A stretch of DNA of 64,000 bases from the human T2T-CHM13v2.0 reference genome, Homo sapiens (GCF_009914755.1 NC_060936.1), one strand, 5' to 3'. Positions 16,308-40,942 are shown, counted from the first letter of the stretch. Numbers and translations are program-made. Notes: generated by a model not told the origin, from the sequence alone.

Positions 16308-17668
16308 TGAGATACTGCACCTGGCTGAGATAATTTTCTTAAAGATGGGAGATGTAGGAGACAAATGTAAAGAGAATCATGACCAGTTACTTGGTACTTA
16401 TTCTCAAAATATGCATATTCACGTCCCTCCAACTCTGATCTTTTTGTCGTTCTTGTGCCTTATGCATTCAGCCTCTGATCCTTTTTGTTGTTGTTGCTTA
16501 ATTCCGGAATGGCCTTTCGTTTCATTTGTTTACTTCACTCATATTACTTAGGTTTATTGAGCAGCTGCAGCATGCTAGGCCCTGGGGTTAAGGCATGACT
16601 GTGGCCCTTTAAGAACTCACAGTCAAAACTGTCTTTAAAAATCCTACCCATCCCTTTAAGTTCAGTTGAAAATTACCTCTTATATAAAGCTTCTGCTAAT
16701 CCCTCCATTTCCCAGCCCCAGAGGGGACTGTTTTTTCCAAAGGGGACTTTTTTCTGAACCCCCATAATGTTTTATGCTTCTTATATGGTGTTTATATAAT
16801 TTTGCATTGTATTGGAATCATTTAGGTAATTGTCTTATCTTCATTGCTAGAGTGTAAGCTCTTTAAGGTAGAGACAGTGTTATTCAGTTTATTATCTCCC
16901 CAAATACCTAATATAGCATCTTAGGCCTATCTAGTAGATACTCAAAAAATATATATCCTAATAAATGTGATTAAGCTATCACATTTAGTGCCTATGGTAG
17001 GCACTAAATCAAGGTTAAGCAAAGGAAGGAAGCATTATGTTCTATACAAACCCTGAAATACGGAGTTAGATAGATCTGAATTTATTTTTAAGTAATTATT
17101 TATTGATTGATCTGAATTTAAATGTGGCTTTGTCACATATTAGCTGTGTGACCAGCGCCAGGTGTCTTAGGCTTTCTGACCTTGAATTTTTCATCTTAAA
17201 GTACTGATATATTGGCCCAGCGCGGTGGCTCATGCCTGTAATCCCAGCACTTTGGGAGGCTGAGGCGGGCGGATCAGAGGTCAGGAGTTCGAGACCAGCC
17301 TGGCCAACATAGTGAAACCCAGTCCCTACTAAAAATACAAAAAAATTAGCTGGGCGTGGTGGTGGGCACCTGTAATCCCAGCTACTTGGAAGGCTGAGGC
17401 GAGGAACCTGGGAGACAGAGGCTGCAGTGAGCCGAGATCTGCCACTGGACTCCAGCCCAGGCGACAGTGCGAGATTCCATTTCAAAAAAAAAAAAAAAAA
17501 GTACTGATATATTTTGTCGAATTATTTTGAGGATTGGTAATGTTTATAATCACATATCAGCCTGTATATTGGCTGTTTTTCTCTTATTTAAAAAAAACAT
17601 TGTGGGCCGGGCACTGTGGCTCAACGCTTGTAATTCCAGCACTTTGGGAGGCCGAGGTGGGCAGATCA

Positions 17669-18259
<591 letters not shown>

Positions 18260-18940
18260 CTAGCCATTGTTTCATTTCTCTTCTTCCCTTTACAGTAAAA
18301 CATCTTGAAAGAGCTATCTATTCAAGAATCATATATACTTGCTGTCTCCAATTTATTTCCTTCCATTCTTTTTTCTTTTATTATCTTGAATATATTGTCA
18401 GATAATACAAAAGTTTACATGTAGTTATAAAGTGTAATAATAGAGGAACACCTGTAAGAGGTACTCTCAAGTACTAGACTAGATTCATTGCCTGTAAATT
18501 ACGTACACATGAATTTCTCCATCTCATCCTCTGCACCTCTTCTAGAGCTAACCACTGTCCTAAATTCTGTATTTATTACTCTCTTGCTTTTTATTTTATT
18601 TTATTTTATTTTATTTTTTGAGACTGGGTCTCACTTTGTCACTCGGGCTGGAGTGCAGTGGCTCGATCGTGGCTCACTGCAGCCTCGACCTCCCTGGCTC
18701 AAGCAATCCTCCCACCTCAGCCTCCTGAGTAGCTAGGATTACAGATGTGCGTCACCATGCCCAGCTAATTTTTAAATTTTTTGTGGAGACAGGGTCTCAC
18801 TCTGTCATCCAGAGTGGAGTGCAGTGGCATGATCGTAGCTCAGTGCAGCCTGGAACTCCTGGGCTCCTGTGATCCTCCTGCCTCAGCTTCCCAAGTAGGT
18901 AGGACTATAGGCACTCACCACCACACCTGGCTAATTTTAA

Positions 18941-19144
<204 letters not shown>

Positions 19145-19217
19145 TAGTGGCGTGATCTCAACTCACTGCATCTTCCACCTCCCGGGTTCAGGCAATTCTC
19201 ATGTCTCAGCCTTCTGA

Positions 19218-19412
<195 letters not shown>

Positions 19413-20209
19413 TAGTTTTAGTTTTCTGTGGAAGAAAGTGAAGCCAGTTTACTTCTATACTGCCATTTTGGACTGAAAGTCTTTCCCAAAAAACATAGTT
19501 TTAAAATCATGTTTAATTAACTTGTTTGCACTGTTCTAAGTACTTTGTATAACTGTATATAATTATATCTATATAATATATAGTTATATAACTATATTTT
19601 ATCTTATTTAATCCTTACAACTTCATTATTATTATTCCCATCTTATAGATGAGGAAAAGTGAGTTACAGAGAGTTTGAAAATCATACTGCTAGTGAATGG
19701 CCCAACTGGGATTTGAACCCGGGTAATCTAGTTCCAAATCTGTGCTTGCAACCACTGCTGTAGTGTCTTATTGCAGCACATAGTCTTCTGTTTTTGTTTT
19801 TGTTTTTTTACCTTCAGTTTTGTGTTTTCACGATTCATTCATGTTGCATATAGATGTGGTTTATCCATTTTTTCATGCTTTACAATATTTCATTTGTGAA
19901 TATACTGTAATTTATCCATTCTCCTACCAAGGGATTTTTGGATTGTTTCTAGATTGTGTTTGTTCATTTTTGCTGTTTTTGAAATTGCTGTTCTGAACAT
20001 TCTTCTGTATATAGTATCCTTGTGCTAGAGTTTCTCTTGGGTTTCTACCTAAGAGTGGGATTGCTGAGCCATCAGGTATGCGAATATTCCACTTTGGGAG
20101 ATAATGCTAAATTTATTTCCAAAGTATTGTACCAAATCTGTTTCCATCAACAATGTATAAAATTTGTCATAGATTTACATCCTTTCCATTTTTTGATAAT
20201 GTCAGACTT

Positions 20210-21510
<1,301 letters not shown>

Positions 21511-21729
21511 ATACTACTAGTATCTACTTTATTGAGCTGTTAGTAATGAATGCCTGGCACATAGTAAATGATCATTAAGGTTAACGATTGTCCTGGTGTG
21601 GTGGCTAACACCTGTAATCCTAGCACTTTGGGAGGCCAAGGCAGGTGGGTGGATCACCTGAGGTCAGAAGTTTGAGGCTAGCCTAGCCAACATGGCGAAA
21701 CCCTGTCTCTATTAAAAATACAAAAATTA

Positions 21730-21873
<144 letters not shown>

Positions 21874-21875
21874 TC

Positions 21876-21909
<34 letters not shown>

Positions 21910-21943
21910 CACTCTGGAAGGGCGAGGCAGGCAGAATACCTGA

Positions 21944-22470
<527 letters not shown>

Positions 22471-22542
22471 TGACCTCATGATCTGCCCCCCTTGGCCTCC
22501 CAAAGTGCTGAGTTTACAGGCATGAGCCACTGCACCTGGCCT

Positions 22543-24930
<2,388 letters not shown>

Positions 24931-25317
24931 TGATTCACCCACCTCAGCCTCCCAAAGTACTAGGATTACAGGCGTGAGCCACTGCGCCCAGCCAGAATTC
25001 AGCAATTCTATAAGTCTATGTTTGTGTATTGATTCAGCAAATCAGATATTGCCTTTCTGTTATAGAGGGTAAAGATTTATTTCTCTTAAACCCCGTGCCC
25101 TTATGTTCCAGCTTCCCCTTTCTTCCCACCTTCTGTGTATAAGTTGTGTCATGATTTTTAGTTAAACCAGTATTCAGTATTTATATTATTATGATTTTAT
25201 AAGTATTATTTCTAGCTAAGCTATATAATATGCTATGATAATAGTTCCTTTGTTCAATTTTTGTTTTCCCTGGAGTTAATAATTACCTTGTTTTCTTAGT
25301 TTTATTTTATATAATAG

Positions 25318-25474
<157 letters not shown>

Positions 25475-25559
25475 CATACCAGTTACTGTTCTAAGCCCTT
25501 TATAAAATTTAACTCACATAAACCTTCTAAAAACTGAGAGGCCGGATGCTTCATTACAT

Positions 25560-25955
25560 TCCAGCTTCACTGGCCTTCTATTCCTTCCAAAGTCCCACCT
25601 TATAGCTTTTAACCGTGTGCTCCCTCTTTCTGGAATGATCTCTTTCATTCTCCGAATGGCTAGTTTCTTCTCATCCTTGAAGTCTTTCATACTTAAATGT
25701 CATCTTTCTGACTAGTCTAATGAAAATAGGCCACAGCCTTCTTTTTGTCTTTTTTTTGGTAGCCCATTTATCACAGTGGGTAATTATTAAATTATTTTAT
25801 GATTATTTGATTAATGTCTCTCTCCCCACTAAATACTCCTGAAAATTTTATTAGGGCCAGAGCCATGTCTGGTTTAGCTAAGCATTTTGTCCTTGGTACC
25901 TAACGTAGTACCTAGTACTCTAAAGTGGGCATTGAATATTTATTGAATGAATAGA
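25560..25955 (+). mobile_element. L2 3' end
   Basis: Ends gtacctagtactctaaagtgggcattgaatatttattgaatgaata, a typical L2 tail. Confidence 0.7.
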
Positions 25956-28868
25956 TGTCAGCTCCTTTTATGTTTCAGGCAGCATGATAAGAGTTTTACA
26001 TGTATGTATGTATGTATTTATGTATTTATTTGTATTTACATATATGTATATATTTATTTATTTATTGCAAAAGGGGATCTCACTTTCTGTCCCAGGCTGG
26101 AGTGGAGTGGTGTGATCATAGCTCACTGCAGCCTCAAACACCTGAGCTCAGGTGATCCTCCTGCCTTAGCCTTCCATGTAGCCGGGACTACAGGTGTACA
26201 CTAACACACCCAGCTGATTTTTAAAAAACTGTTTTTTATAGAGACAAGGTCTCACTATGTTGCCCAGACTGATCTCGAACTCCTGGCTTCAAGTGATCCT
26301 CCCACCTCAGTCTTCAGAGTAGCTGGGATTATAGGCAAGAATAACCACACCTGGCTACCTGCATTTATTTTAATCCCCACAACAGTCCTATTTCATAGGT
26401 GTTGTTAACTGTCCCCATTTTATAGGTGAGGTCAAGCAACTTATCCAAAGTCACACAGCTAATACAAGACAATGGTAGAATTAAACCTAAATATTGGCTG
26501 GGCTTGGTGGCTCATGCCTGTAATCCCAGCACTTTGGGAGGTCAAGGCAGGAGGATCACTTGAACCCAAGAGTTCAAGACCAGACTAGGTAACATGGCAA
26601 GACTAAGTCTCTACAAAAAACTCAAATATTAGCCAGGTGTGGTAGCATGCGCCTGTAGTCGCAGCTACTCGGGAGGCTGAGGTGGGAAGATTACTTGAGC
26701 CCAGGAATTTGGGGCTACAGCGAACCATGATTGTGCCACTACACTCCAGCCTGGGCAGCAGAGTGAGACCTTGACTCAAAAAAAAAAAAAAAAAACCCCA
26801 AAACCGCTAAGTCTCTGCGACTTTTGAGCCAGTGTTTTAACCATTTTCTGTTGGTTAATGGGATTTATAGTCAAGAAAAATACTTTTTAAAAAATTGAGT
26901 AAACATTGATTCCTTGCCTATTCAGTTGCTGAATGAACAGTGAAAAATTAAGTTAGTTATATAAAAAGTGAATCTGATTTTCCCTCATTTGTAAAATGAA
27001 GACATTAATTAGGAATGAAATTGATTTACTTTAACTCAAATTGAATTACTATTAAATTATTATTTTACAAATAATAGGATTTGCAAACTGGTAGGGCTGT
27101 ACTCTAACCTTTACCCCACTATTTCAATTACCAAAAATAATATTTGCATAGCTCTTAAAGATTGTTGGGGTTTGAGGGTTTCAATTGGAAGCACTCCTCT
27201 TACTTCAATCCAGTTGAGAAATACGAAAAAGTTTGACAGAAATAAAGTAACACTTACTACTAATAAAACTAATATTCAAGAAGATAGCTTATATTTGTGG
27301 GCTAGTAGGTGTTCTAATACTGAATCCAGAATTAGACAGATTTATCCACCTAAATACAAGCAGTACTTAAAAACCAAACAAAAACCTATGCACTTCTTCG
27401 TGTGGGCACTTACCCATGTAAAATTTGACCAGTTCAGAGTAGCAAAGCTGAGTGTATACTCTCTGCAGCTAGCTGGATCTCAAAATAGGAAAGAAGGAGC
27501 TGTGTTTTTCTTCTAGTCACTAAGAAGGGAGGGGTGATATGCTAAACACTTGGCTGTCTACATTGAAAGAAACATCTGGAGTAGGGAATAAGTGTTTTTC
27601 CCTAAGATGATAACAATCCAGAGAGAAGCAAGAGTCAAAAAATAAAATAAACATAAAAAATTTTAAAAGATGATACAAGATTCTCTTGATTGGGTTCCAT
27701 TTTCACTTATTAGATCAATGCTTAAATCTAGTAGATTTATTTTTTTTTGAGACAGGGTCTCACTGTCATCCTGGTGGAGTGCAGTAGCATGATCACCACT
27801 CACTACAGCCTCAACCTCTGTGGACTCAGGTGATCCTCCCACCTCAGCATCCAGAGTAGCTGGGACTACTTACGGGCACATGCCACCATGCCCAGCTAAT
27901 TTTTGCATTTTTCTTTCTTTTTTTTTGTAGAGACAGAGTTTCGCCATGTTGCCCAGGCTGATGTCAAACTCCTGGGCTCAAGGGATCTTCCCACCTTGGC
28001 CTCCCAAAATTCTGTGATTACAGGCATGAGCCACCGCACCTGGCTCTAGTAGACTTTTTGATGATTCAGGTAAAATGGTAAACTAAATCCCTTTAACCTG
28101 TTTTTTGGTGTCATTTTAGACTACTGATTTGAGCATATTTAAAGTATGGGTTTTTTTTTTTAAAAAATGGGGCTTATAGTTAACGAAAACCATTGACTGT
28201 CCCTGTGTTTCCTTTTTTTTTTTCTTGTTTTTCTTTTTTTTTTTTTTTATTCAGGGTTTCACTGTGTTGCCTAGGCTGGAGTGCAGTGGCCCGATCTTGG
28301 CTCACTGCAGCCTCAACCTCCTCGGCTCAAGTGATCCTCACAGGTCAGCCTCCTGAGTAGCTAGGACTATAGGTGCACACCACTATGTTAGGCTAATTTT
28401 AAAATTTTTTTGTAGAGGCAGGGTCTCCCTGTGTTGCCCAGGATGGTCTCAAACTCCTGGGCTCAAGCAGTCCTCCCATCTCTGTCTCCCGAAGTGTTGG
28501 GATTATAGCCGTGAGCCACCATACCTGGCCTCTTTATTTATTTTTTAACCATCCCATATTTCATTTCTTTTTATTATTTTTATTTATTTATTTATTTATT
28601 TATTGAGATGAAGTCTCACTCTGTCACCCAGGCTGGGGTGCAATGATACAATCTTAGCTCACTGCAACCTCCGCCTCCTGGGTTCAAGCAATTCTCCTGT
28701 CTCAGCCTCCAAATTTCTTTTTTGAAAAATTTTATATAGAGACAGTATCTCACTGTGTTTCCCAGGCTGGTCTCAAACTCCTGGCCTCAATGATTCTCCT
28801 GCCTTGGTTTCTCTAAGTGTTGGGATTACAGGCATGAGCCACCACACCCAGCCCCATACTTCATTTCA

Positions 28869-29078
<210 letters not shown>

Positions 29079-29236
29079 TCACTTGAATCCAGGAGGCAGA
29101 TTGCTGTGAGCTGGGATCATGCCATTACTCTTCAGCCTGGGCAACAGAGCAAGACTCCGTCTCAAAAAAAAAAAAGTACTGAGAGTCACCTTTTTTTTTT
29201 TTTTTTGAGATAGTCTTGCTCTGTGGCCCAGGGTAG

Positions 29237-29554
<318 letters not shown>

Positions 29555-29557
29555 TAG

Positions 29558-29647
<90 letters not shown>

Positions 29648-29848
29648 TAGAGTCACCTTTTAAAACCAGCTATAGGCCAGGGGTGGTGGCTCACGCCTCT
29701 AATCCCGGCAGTTTGGGAGGCCAAGGCAGGGGGATCACAAGGTCAAGAGTTCGAGACCAGCCTGACCAACATGGTGAAACCCCATCTCTACTAAAAATAC
29801 AAAAATTAGCCAGGCGTGGTGTCGCATGCCTGTAATCCCAGCTACTCA

Positions 29849-29968
<120 letters not shown>

Positions 29969-30587
29969 CTATGCTGGGCAGTTATGTGGCGTGTATTCTC
30001 TGCCTCAGGCTCTGTTTTAGAGATGTCTTTCTTGTTTTACATTGTTGTTTTTAGGAAGAGGAGTTGCAGGAAATATTTGTTTCTTTCTCTTACATGATTT
30101 GAGCTTCAGTAAAATATATTTATCCTGTGACTGACTTTTCTACCTGGAAATGAAGTAGAGTGATGCCACCTAGGCTGAATTCTATGCCAGTTCATGGTAA
30201 CCTCTGGTAACCTAACGTCTCAAGATAGTTTTAGTGGTTGGAATGTCTTCTTCTGTCTACCCATCCTCATCACATTTTGTTGTTGTTGAGACAGTCTTGC
30301 TCTGTTGCCATGCTGTAGTGCAGTAGTGCAATAATGGCTCAATGCATTCTCAGCCTCTCAAGTTTAGTGATCTTCCCACCTCCTGAGTAGCTGGGACTAC
30401 AGGCACATGCCACCATGCCCAGCTAATTTTTAATTTTTTTTTTTTTTTTTTTTTTGTAGAGCTGGGACTTTGCCGTGTTGCCCAAGCTGGTCTTGAACTC
30501 CTGGGCTCAAGCAATCCACCTGCCTCACACTACCAAAGTGTTAAGATTCTAGGCATGAGGCACCACACCTGGCCCTCATCACATTTT

Positions 30588-31058
30588 TTTAAACTATATG
30601 TTTAAATTTCAATAGTTTTTGGGGTACAGGTGGTTTTTGGTTACATGGATAAGTTCTTTAGCAGTGATTTCTGAGATTTTAGTGCACCTGTCACCTGAGC
30701 AGTTTACACTGTACCCAATATGTAGTCTTTTATCCTTCACACTCCTTCCAGCCTTCCCCTCCCAGTCCCCAAATTCCATTATATTACTCTTGTGCCTTTG
30801 CATCCTCATAGCTTAGCTCTCATTTATAAGTGAGAACATATAACATGCGGTTTTCCATTCCTGAGTTACTTCATTTAGAATAATGGCCTACAGCTCCATC
30901 CAAGTTGCTGCAAAATACATTATTTTGTTCCTTTTTATGGCTGAGTAGTATTCCATGGTGTATATACACCACATTTGCTTTATCCACTTGTTGGTCGATG
31001 AGCACTTAGGTTGGTTCCGTATCTTTGCATTTGCAAATTGTGCTGCTATAAACATGTA
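30588..31058 (-). mobile_element. L1PB-type 5'-truncated 3' end
   Basis: caatagtttttggggtacaggtggtttttggttacatggataagttctttag...; bounded by cctcatcacatttt TSD. Confidence 0.88.
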
Positions 31059-31069
31059 CCTCATCACAT

Positions 31070-32755
<1,686 letters not shown>

Positions 32756-32901
32756 TTCCATTAAAAGTTTATTATTCTGGGCCGGGTGCGGTGGCTCACA
32801 CCTGTAATCCTAGCACTTTGGGAGGCCAAGGCGGGTGGCATCATTTGAGGTCAGGAGTTCAAAACCAGCCTGGCCAACATGGTGAAACCCCATCTCTGCT
32901 A

Positions 32902-33213
<312 letters not shown>

Positions 33214-33277
33214 CTATTTAAAAAAATAATTAATTATTGCTCTGCTTATCCTTTCAAGGCCCAAGTGTCTTTTTTGA

Positions 33278-33679
<402 letters not shown>

Positions 33680-33812
33680 TAGATTGTAAGCTCTAGTTTG
33701 TGAACTTGTTAGTGACTCCTTGTGGATGTGCATTTAAATTTATTATGTACCTCCCTGTGGAGCATGTTAATAAATAAATATATTATGAAATACGTCACTC
33801 ATACACCATTCA

Positions 33813-34224
<412 letters not shown>

Positions 34225-35631
34225 TTATTATGGGGTCTGTTACTTCTCAGAGAAAGTGGACTTTCTCTTATTAGGTGATACAATGACTTGGAACCCAGGA
34301 AATAATGTATTTTAGGCAAACGTTCAGTTATGTTATATGTCCTGGAGACCACTGGCTCCAGGAATATGTATTGTGGATCATCCACATTCCCGTTGCATTA
34401 GGAATTTTGATGTTAGGCTGCTGGATTGTGTATCTGTGAGACTTTTTAGGGATTTATTAACATGATACACAATTAGCAAACCGTGTGTTTATTTCACTCA
34501 TTTTAACAAATATCCATGCCTATTATGTGCCAGGAACTTAGCTAGGTATCAGATGTGGGATTGAGTTTTCTACTGCTCTGGCACTTCATAGTTAAGGGCC
34601 CAGGGTGAGGATGACTTTGATGGCAAATGAATGGATACAGGATTCATAAATTTTATGAACCTAAACTAAATGAGCACTTGATCGGAGAGCTTAATTTTCA
34701 GAAATGCAACTTCTTTATTTGTTTTGATTTGTTTTCTTGAGTCAAAGTCTCACTCTGTCACCCAGGCTGGAATGATCTCGGCTCATTGCAACCTCCGACG
34801 CCCAGGTTCAAGTGATTCTTGTGCCTCAGCCTCCCGAGTAGCTGGGATCACAGATGTGCACCACCACGTCTAATTTTTTTATTTTTAGTAGAGACGGGGT
34901 TTCACCATGTTGACCAGGCTGGTCTTGTACTCCTGACCTCAAGCGATCCACCTGCCTCTGCCTCCCAAAGCGCTCAGATTACAGGCTTGAGCCACTGGGC
35001 CGGGCCAGAAATACAGCTTCTTTAAAGACAATGTTTTACTTATACTAGATTATAATTACAAGTAGCTCGTCTGATTGGATCATTCTCTTAAAAGATCTGA
35101 TGAAAACCTAGTGATTGGGAAGTAGGCATTGTGCCACCCTCCTTCTATCATTATAATCTCTTGAAAGAGAGCAAATGGAAGGACACTCTCTTTTCTCCTA
35201 GTTTCATGCGACTCAGTAAGACAGGAAACATGAAGTTTCTGCTACAGGTACAGGGGAATTCGATTTTTCTTTTTCTGGGTGAAAGATGAAGGAGTTATAT
35301 ATTTTTATGTCCACGTCCCCACCAGCCTTTCCCTCAGATTAATGAATGTTCTGGGGAAGGGAAGGATAGGACTGTATTATCACTCATACTAGTTTGAAAT
35401 GGTTCTCAAGGGCCATCAGTCTTATGTCAGGCCCTATGCTAGAAAATGAAGAGCCAGGCAGGGTGCGGGGGCTCATGCCTATAATCCCAGCACTTTGGGA
35501 GGCTGAGGCGGGCAGATCCACCTGAGGTCAGGAGTTCGAGACCATCCTGACCAACATGGAGAAACCCCGTCTCTACTAAAAATACAAAATTAACCGGGCG
35601 TGGTGGTGGGCACTGTAATCCCAGTTACTCA

Positions 35632-35787
<156 letters not shown>

Positions 35788-37483
35788 CTATGGTGGATTT
35801 CATAAACTGCAGCAGATTCTAAATCTTAAATCTCATTTGCTATTTATTGATATGTCCTAAATGTCATTTTCATGTGAGAATCAATGTCAGGGTTATTAGA
35901 AGACATGAATTGGCTGAATTGTCAGTTCTCCAGGTTTCTCTTAAGAAAGGGATAGACTAGACCAGGTGCAGTGGCTCATACCTGTAATGCCAGCCCTTTG
36001 GGAGGCTGAGGTGGGCAGATTGCTTGAGCTCAGGAGTTTTGAGACCAGCCTGAGCGACATGGTGAAACCCTGTCTCTACAAAAATACAAAAATTAGCCAG
36101 GTGTGGTTGCATGTGCCTGTAGTCTCAGTTACTCAGGAGGCTGAGGTGGGAGGATCACTTGAGCCTGGAAGGTTGAGGCTACAGTGAACTGTGATCATGT
36201 CATTACATTCCACCCTGCCTGGGTGACAGAGTGAGACCCTTTCTCAAAAAAACAAAACAAAACAAAAAAAGGCCAGGCATGGTGGCTTTACGCCTGTAAT
36301 TCCAGCACTTTGAGAGGCCGAGGTGGGTGGATCACATGAGATTGGGAGTTTGACAGCAGCCTGGCCAACATGATGAAACCCCGTCTCTACTAAAAATACA
36401 AAAATTAGCTGGGTGTGGTGGCACACATCTGTAATCCCAGCTACTTAGGAGGCTGAGGTAGGAGAATCGCTTGAACCCAGGAGGCAGAATTTGCAGTGAG
36501 CCGAGATTGCGCCATCGCACCCTAGCCTGGGTGACAGAGCAAGACTCTGTATCAAAAAAATAAATAAATAAATAAATAATAAAAGGAAGGGAGGAAGGGA
36601 AGGGATAGGCTGAGGCAGGAGGATTGCTTGAGGCCAGGAGTTCAAGACCAGCCTAAACAACATAGCAAAAAATTTAGAAATCAGCCAGGTATGGTGGCAT
36701 GCATCTGTATTCCTAGCTACTTGGGGGACTGAAGCAGGAGGATCACTTGAGCCCAGGAGTTTGAGGCTGCAGTGAGCTATGATCGCGCACCACTGCACTC
36801 CAGCCTGGGTGACAGAGCAAGACCCTGTTTCAAAAAAAAAAAAAGAAAAAAAAAGGGATAGATCTCTGCTCTAACATCCATCAATTTGCTTCACTCCTTT
36901 GAATGGCATGCGGTTTTATTTGGCTCCTAGAAAACGAAACCTTGCAGGTTTTTACTCATAACCTTGGTTTATGCTCATGAGGTGGAATGGCGGAAGTCAT
37001 TTGAATTAGTGGTATTTAGAAGAGGACTCATAATTGTACTGTGCCCCTCATGATTTCAAGATTTAAGCAGAGCCATCACATGTGGCCTAAAATCTTAGAT
37101 GTCTGGGATGATATTAGATTTGCTTTTAGAAGTAAGGGATGGTAGCATATCATCATGTAGCAAAGAAATATGTAAAGAAATCCAATAAAAGAGTATTCTA
37201 GGTATGAGTCTTCTTATGAAGTAGACTGGAAGTGAATGAGCAACATTAATGGGTTTATATAGAGAGAAATGACATGATCACATATACTTGAGAAGGCTAA
37301 TGCTAGCTGCATTATTGAGGGTGGTTTGGAGGTGTAGGAGAACAGAGGCAGTCAGACAAGAGATATTAGAAATAAGGGAGTTCAGGAAAAGGTACAGAAA
37401 TTAATTTTAGACTTGCAGAATTTGAGATTACCTGCTTGATGTATATATGTTGAATGCTTTCAGAATAAACATGGGTTAATTCA

Positions 37484-37840
<357 letters not shown>

Positions 37841-38402
37841 CTAATGTATTGCCTTAGAAACGTAGGCATGTAAAGGAAGTAATGTTTTTAAAAAGTTCTA
37901 GTATTTCACTGATTTTTTTGTGTGAAATGCAGGAATTTCAGTTTTATTCCCTGGAGGTGGGAAGTAGTCTCAAGGCTGGGGCTTTTTTGACTTTGGATCT
38001 GCCAGTGAAACCTAGACAGTACCCACTTGGTTACCAAGACAGAAAAGGAAACTTTGATTGATTATTCAAATTCAAAGCAGGATGCTAGGGAACAGCAGAT
38101 TTAAGGTTAGTTGGATGACTGGAATTTAGCATATAAAGATGTGTGAAGACACCCGTGTGGAAAGGACATTTCTATTCCCAGAAGCATCACTCCCTTCTCA
38201 GAGTGAGCAGCCACACGTAAAAGCAGAAGGAAAGCAAGAGAGGTAGGATAACTGAGATGGTAGATATAAAATCCTTAGCACAGGCCAGGTGCAGTGGCTG
38301 ACACTTGTAATCCCAACACTTTGGGAGGCGAAGTCAGGAGGATCCCTCAAGCCCGGGAGTACGAAACCAGCCTGGGCAACATAGCGTGTCTCTACAAAAT
38401 TA

Positions 38403-38756
<354 letters not shown>

Positions 38757-39517
38757 TGAGTAGCTGGGATTACAGGCGCCCAGCTAATTTTTGTATTTTT
38801 AGCAGAGACGGGGTTTCACTATGTTGGCCAAGCTAGTTTCCAACTCCTGACCTTATGTGATCTGCCTGCCTCGGCCTCCCAAAGTGCTGGGATTACAGGC
38901 GTGAGCCACTGCACCCTGCCAGGAGTCTTTTTTGAGACAGAGTATCACTCTATTAAGCCATCCTCCCACCTCAGTCTCTTGAGTAGCTGGGACTGCAGCC
39001 ATGCACCATCATGCCTGGCTAATTTTTGTATTTCTTTTTTTGTGTGTGTATGTGATAAAGATTATTCTGTCGCCCAGGCTGGAGGGCAGTGGTGTGATCT
39101 CTACTCACTACAACCTCCGCCTCCCAGGTTTAAGCAATTCTCCTGCCTTAGCCTCCCCAGTACTAGGATTATAGGCGCACACCACCAAGTCCGGCTAATT
39201 TTTGTACTTTTAGTAGAGATGGGGTTTCACCATGTTAGCTAGGCTGGTCTCAAACTCTTGACCTCAGGTGATCTGCCCACGATGGCCTCCTAAAGTGCTA
39301 GGATTACAAGCATGAGCCACTGCACCCAGCCTAATTTTTGTATTTCTTTTAGTAGAGGCGAGGTTTTACCATGTTGCCCAGGCTGGTCTCAAACTCCTGG
39401 GCTCAAGTGATCCACCCGCCTTGGTCTCCCAAAGTGCTGAGATTACAAGTTTGAGCCACTGCATCTGACGAAGAGTCTGTAAAAATTGAGTCTTTTTTAA
39501 AAAAAGAATTCTTGTAA

Positions 39518-39880
<363 letters not shown>

Positions 39881-40007
39881 TAGATAATTCACCCATATTG
39901 AGCTGTCATCTGTCTGCAGAGGCTTGATGTTTCCCCTATCAGCTGTCAAGGATCCAGGAGAACTTGAGATGCCTTTGTGGAAAGCATATTTAAAGATTTA
40001 GAGCTTT

Positions 40008-40470
40008 CTCTTCACAATAGAAAAGACATGGAATCAACCCAAATGCCCATCAATGATAGGCTGGATAAAGAAAATCTGGTAAATATATACCATGGAATAC
40101 TATGTGGCCATAAAAAGGAACAAGATTATGTCCTTTGCATGGACATGGATGGAGCTGGAAGCCATTATCCCCAGCTAACTAATACAGAAACAGAAAACCA
40201 AACACTGCATGTTCTTGCTTATAAATGGGAGCTGAACAATGAGAACACATAGACATAGAGAGGGGAACAACACACACTGGGGCCTGTTGTATGGACAGGC
40301 AGGGTAAGAGCATCAAGATAAATAGCTAATGCATGTGAGGCTTAGTACCTAGGTGATGGGTTGATAGGTGCAGCAAACCACCATGGCACCTGTTTCCCTA
40401 TATAGCAAACTCGCACATGTATCCTGAAACTTAAAATAAAATGTTTTAAATAAATAAATAAAATAAAATA
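40008..40470 (+). mobile_element. Older L1PA-type 5'-truncated 3' end
   Basis: ttcacaatagaaaagacatggaatcaacccaaatgccc...acctaggtgatgggttgataggtgcagcaaaccaccatggcac...(TAAA)n tail. Confidence 0.92.
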
Positions 40471-40942
40471 GTAATATTAACAGTGGTAGTGGCGGTACTA
40501 AACAGCTTAGTTTTTTCATGTAGTAGTATATTTTTAGTATCCTTCCAGGAAAAGATACATGGATGTGCCATATTATTTTTAATGGCTTACATGGTACTCC
40601 TTTTATGTATGCACTATAATTTATGTAACCAGTTTTCTCATTGATGAGTATATGCTTTTTCAGTATTTTACTATTATAACGAATGATGCAATGAATATCC
40701 TTGTACATATATATTTGTGCACATATATAAGCATCCCTACAAGTGGAATTTCTGAATAAAAGGATATATACACTTTAAAAAAAAAAAGATTTAGGGCTTT
40801 GAGGCAGGCAGCCAAGTACCTGGATACCTACTTAGTGAGCTGGCCCTCAACATCTTGAGGACTACCTCTCTCTGACTCAGAAAGTTACTTTTGTTTAAAT
40901 TATATAGCAATTCCTTCTGTTTTGTTTTTTTTTAATTGTCTA

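Noticed and set aside
27172-27516. 114-aa non-Alu ORF in intron 1
   Set aside because: Starts at TTG, AT-rich, no recognisable domain, no poly(A)/TSD of a retrocopy.
39977-40252. ORFs resembling the L1 ORF2 C-terminus (also 46962-47180, 23414-23629, 30609-30809)
   Set aside because: Truncated, frameshifted L1 fossils with no intact ORF1/ORF2, so no active element.
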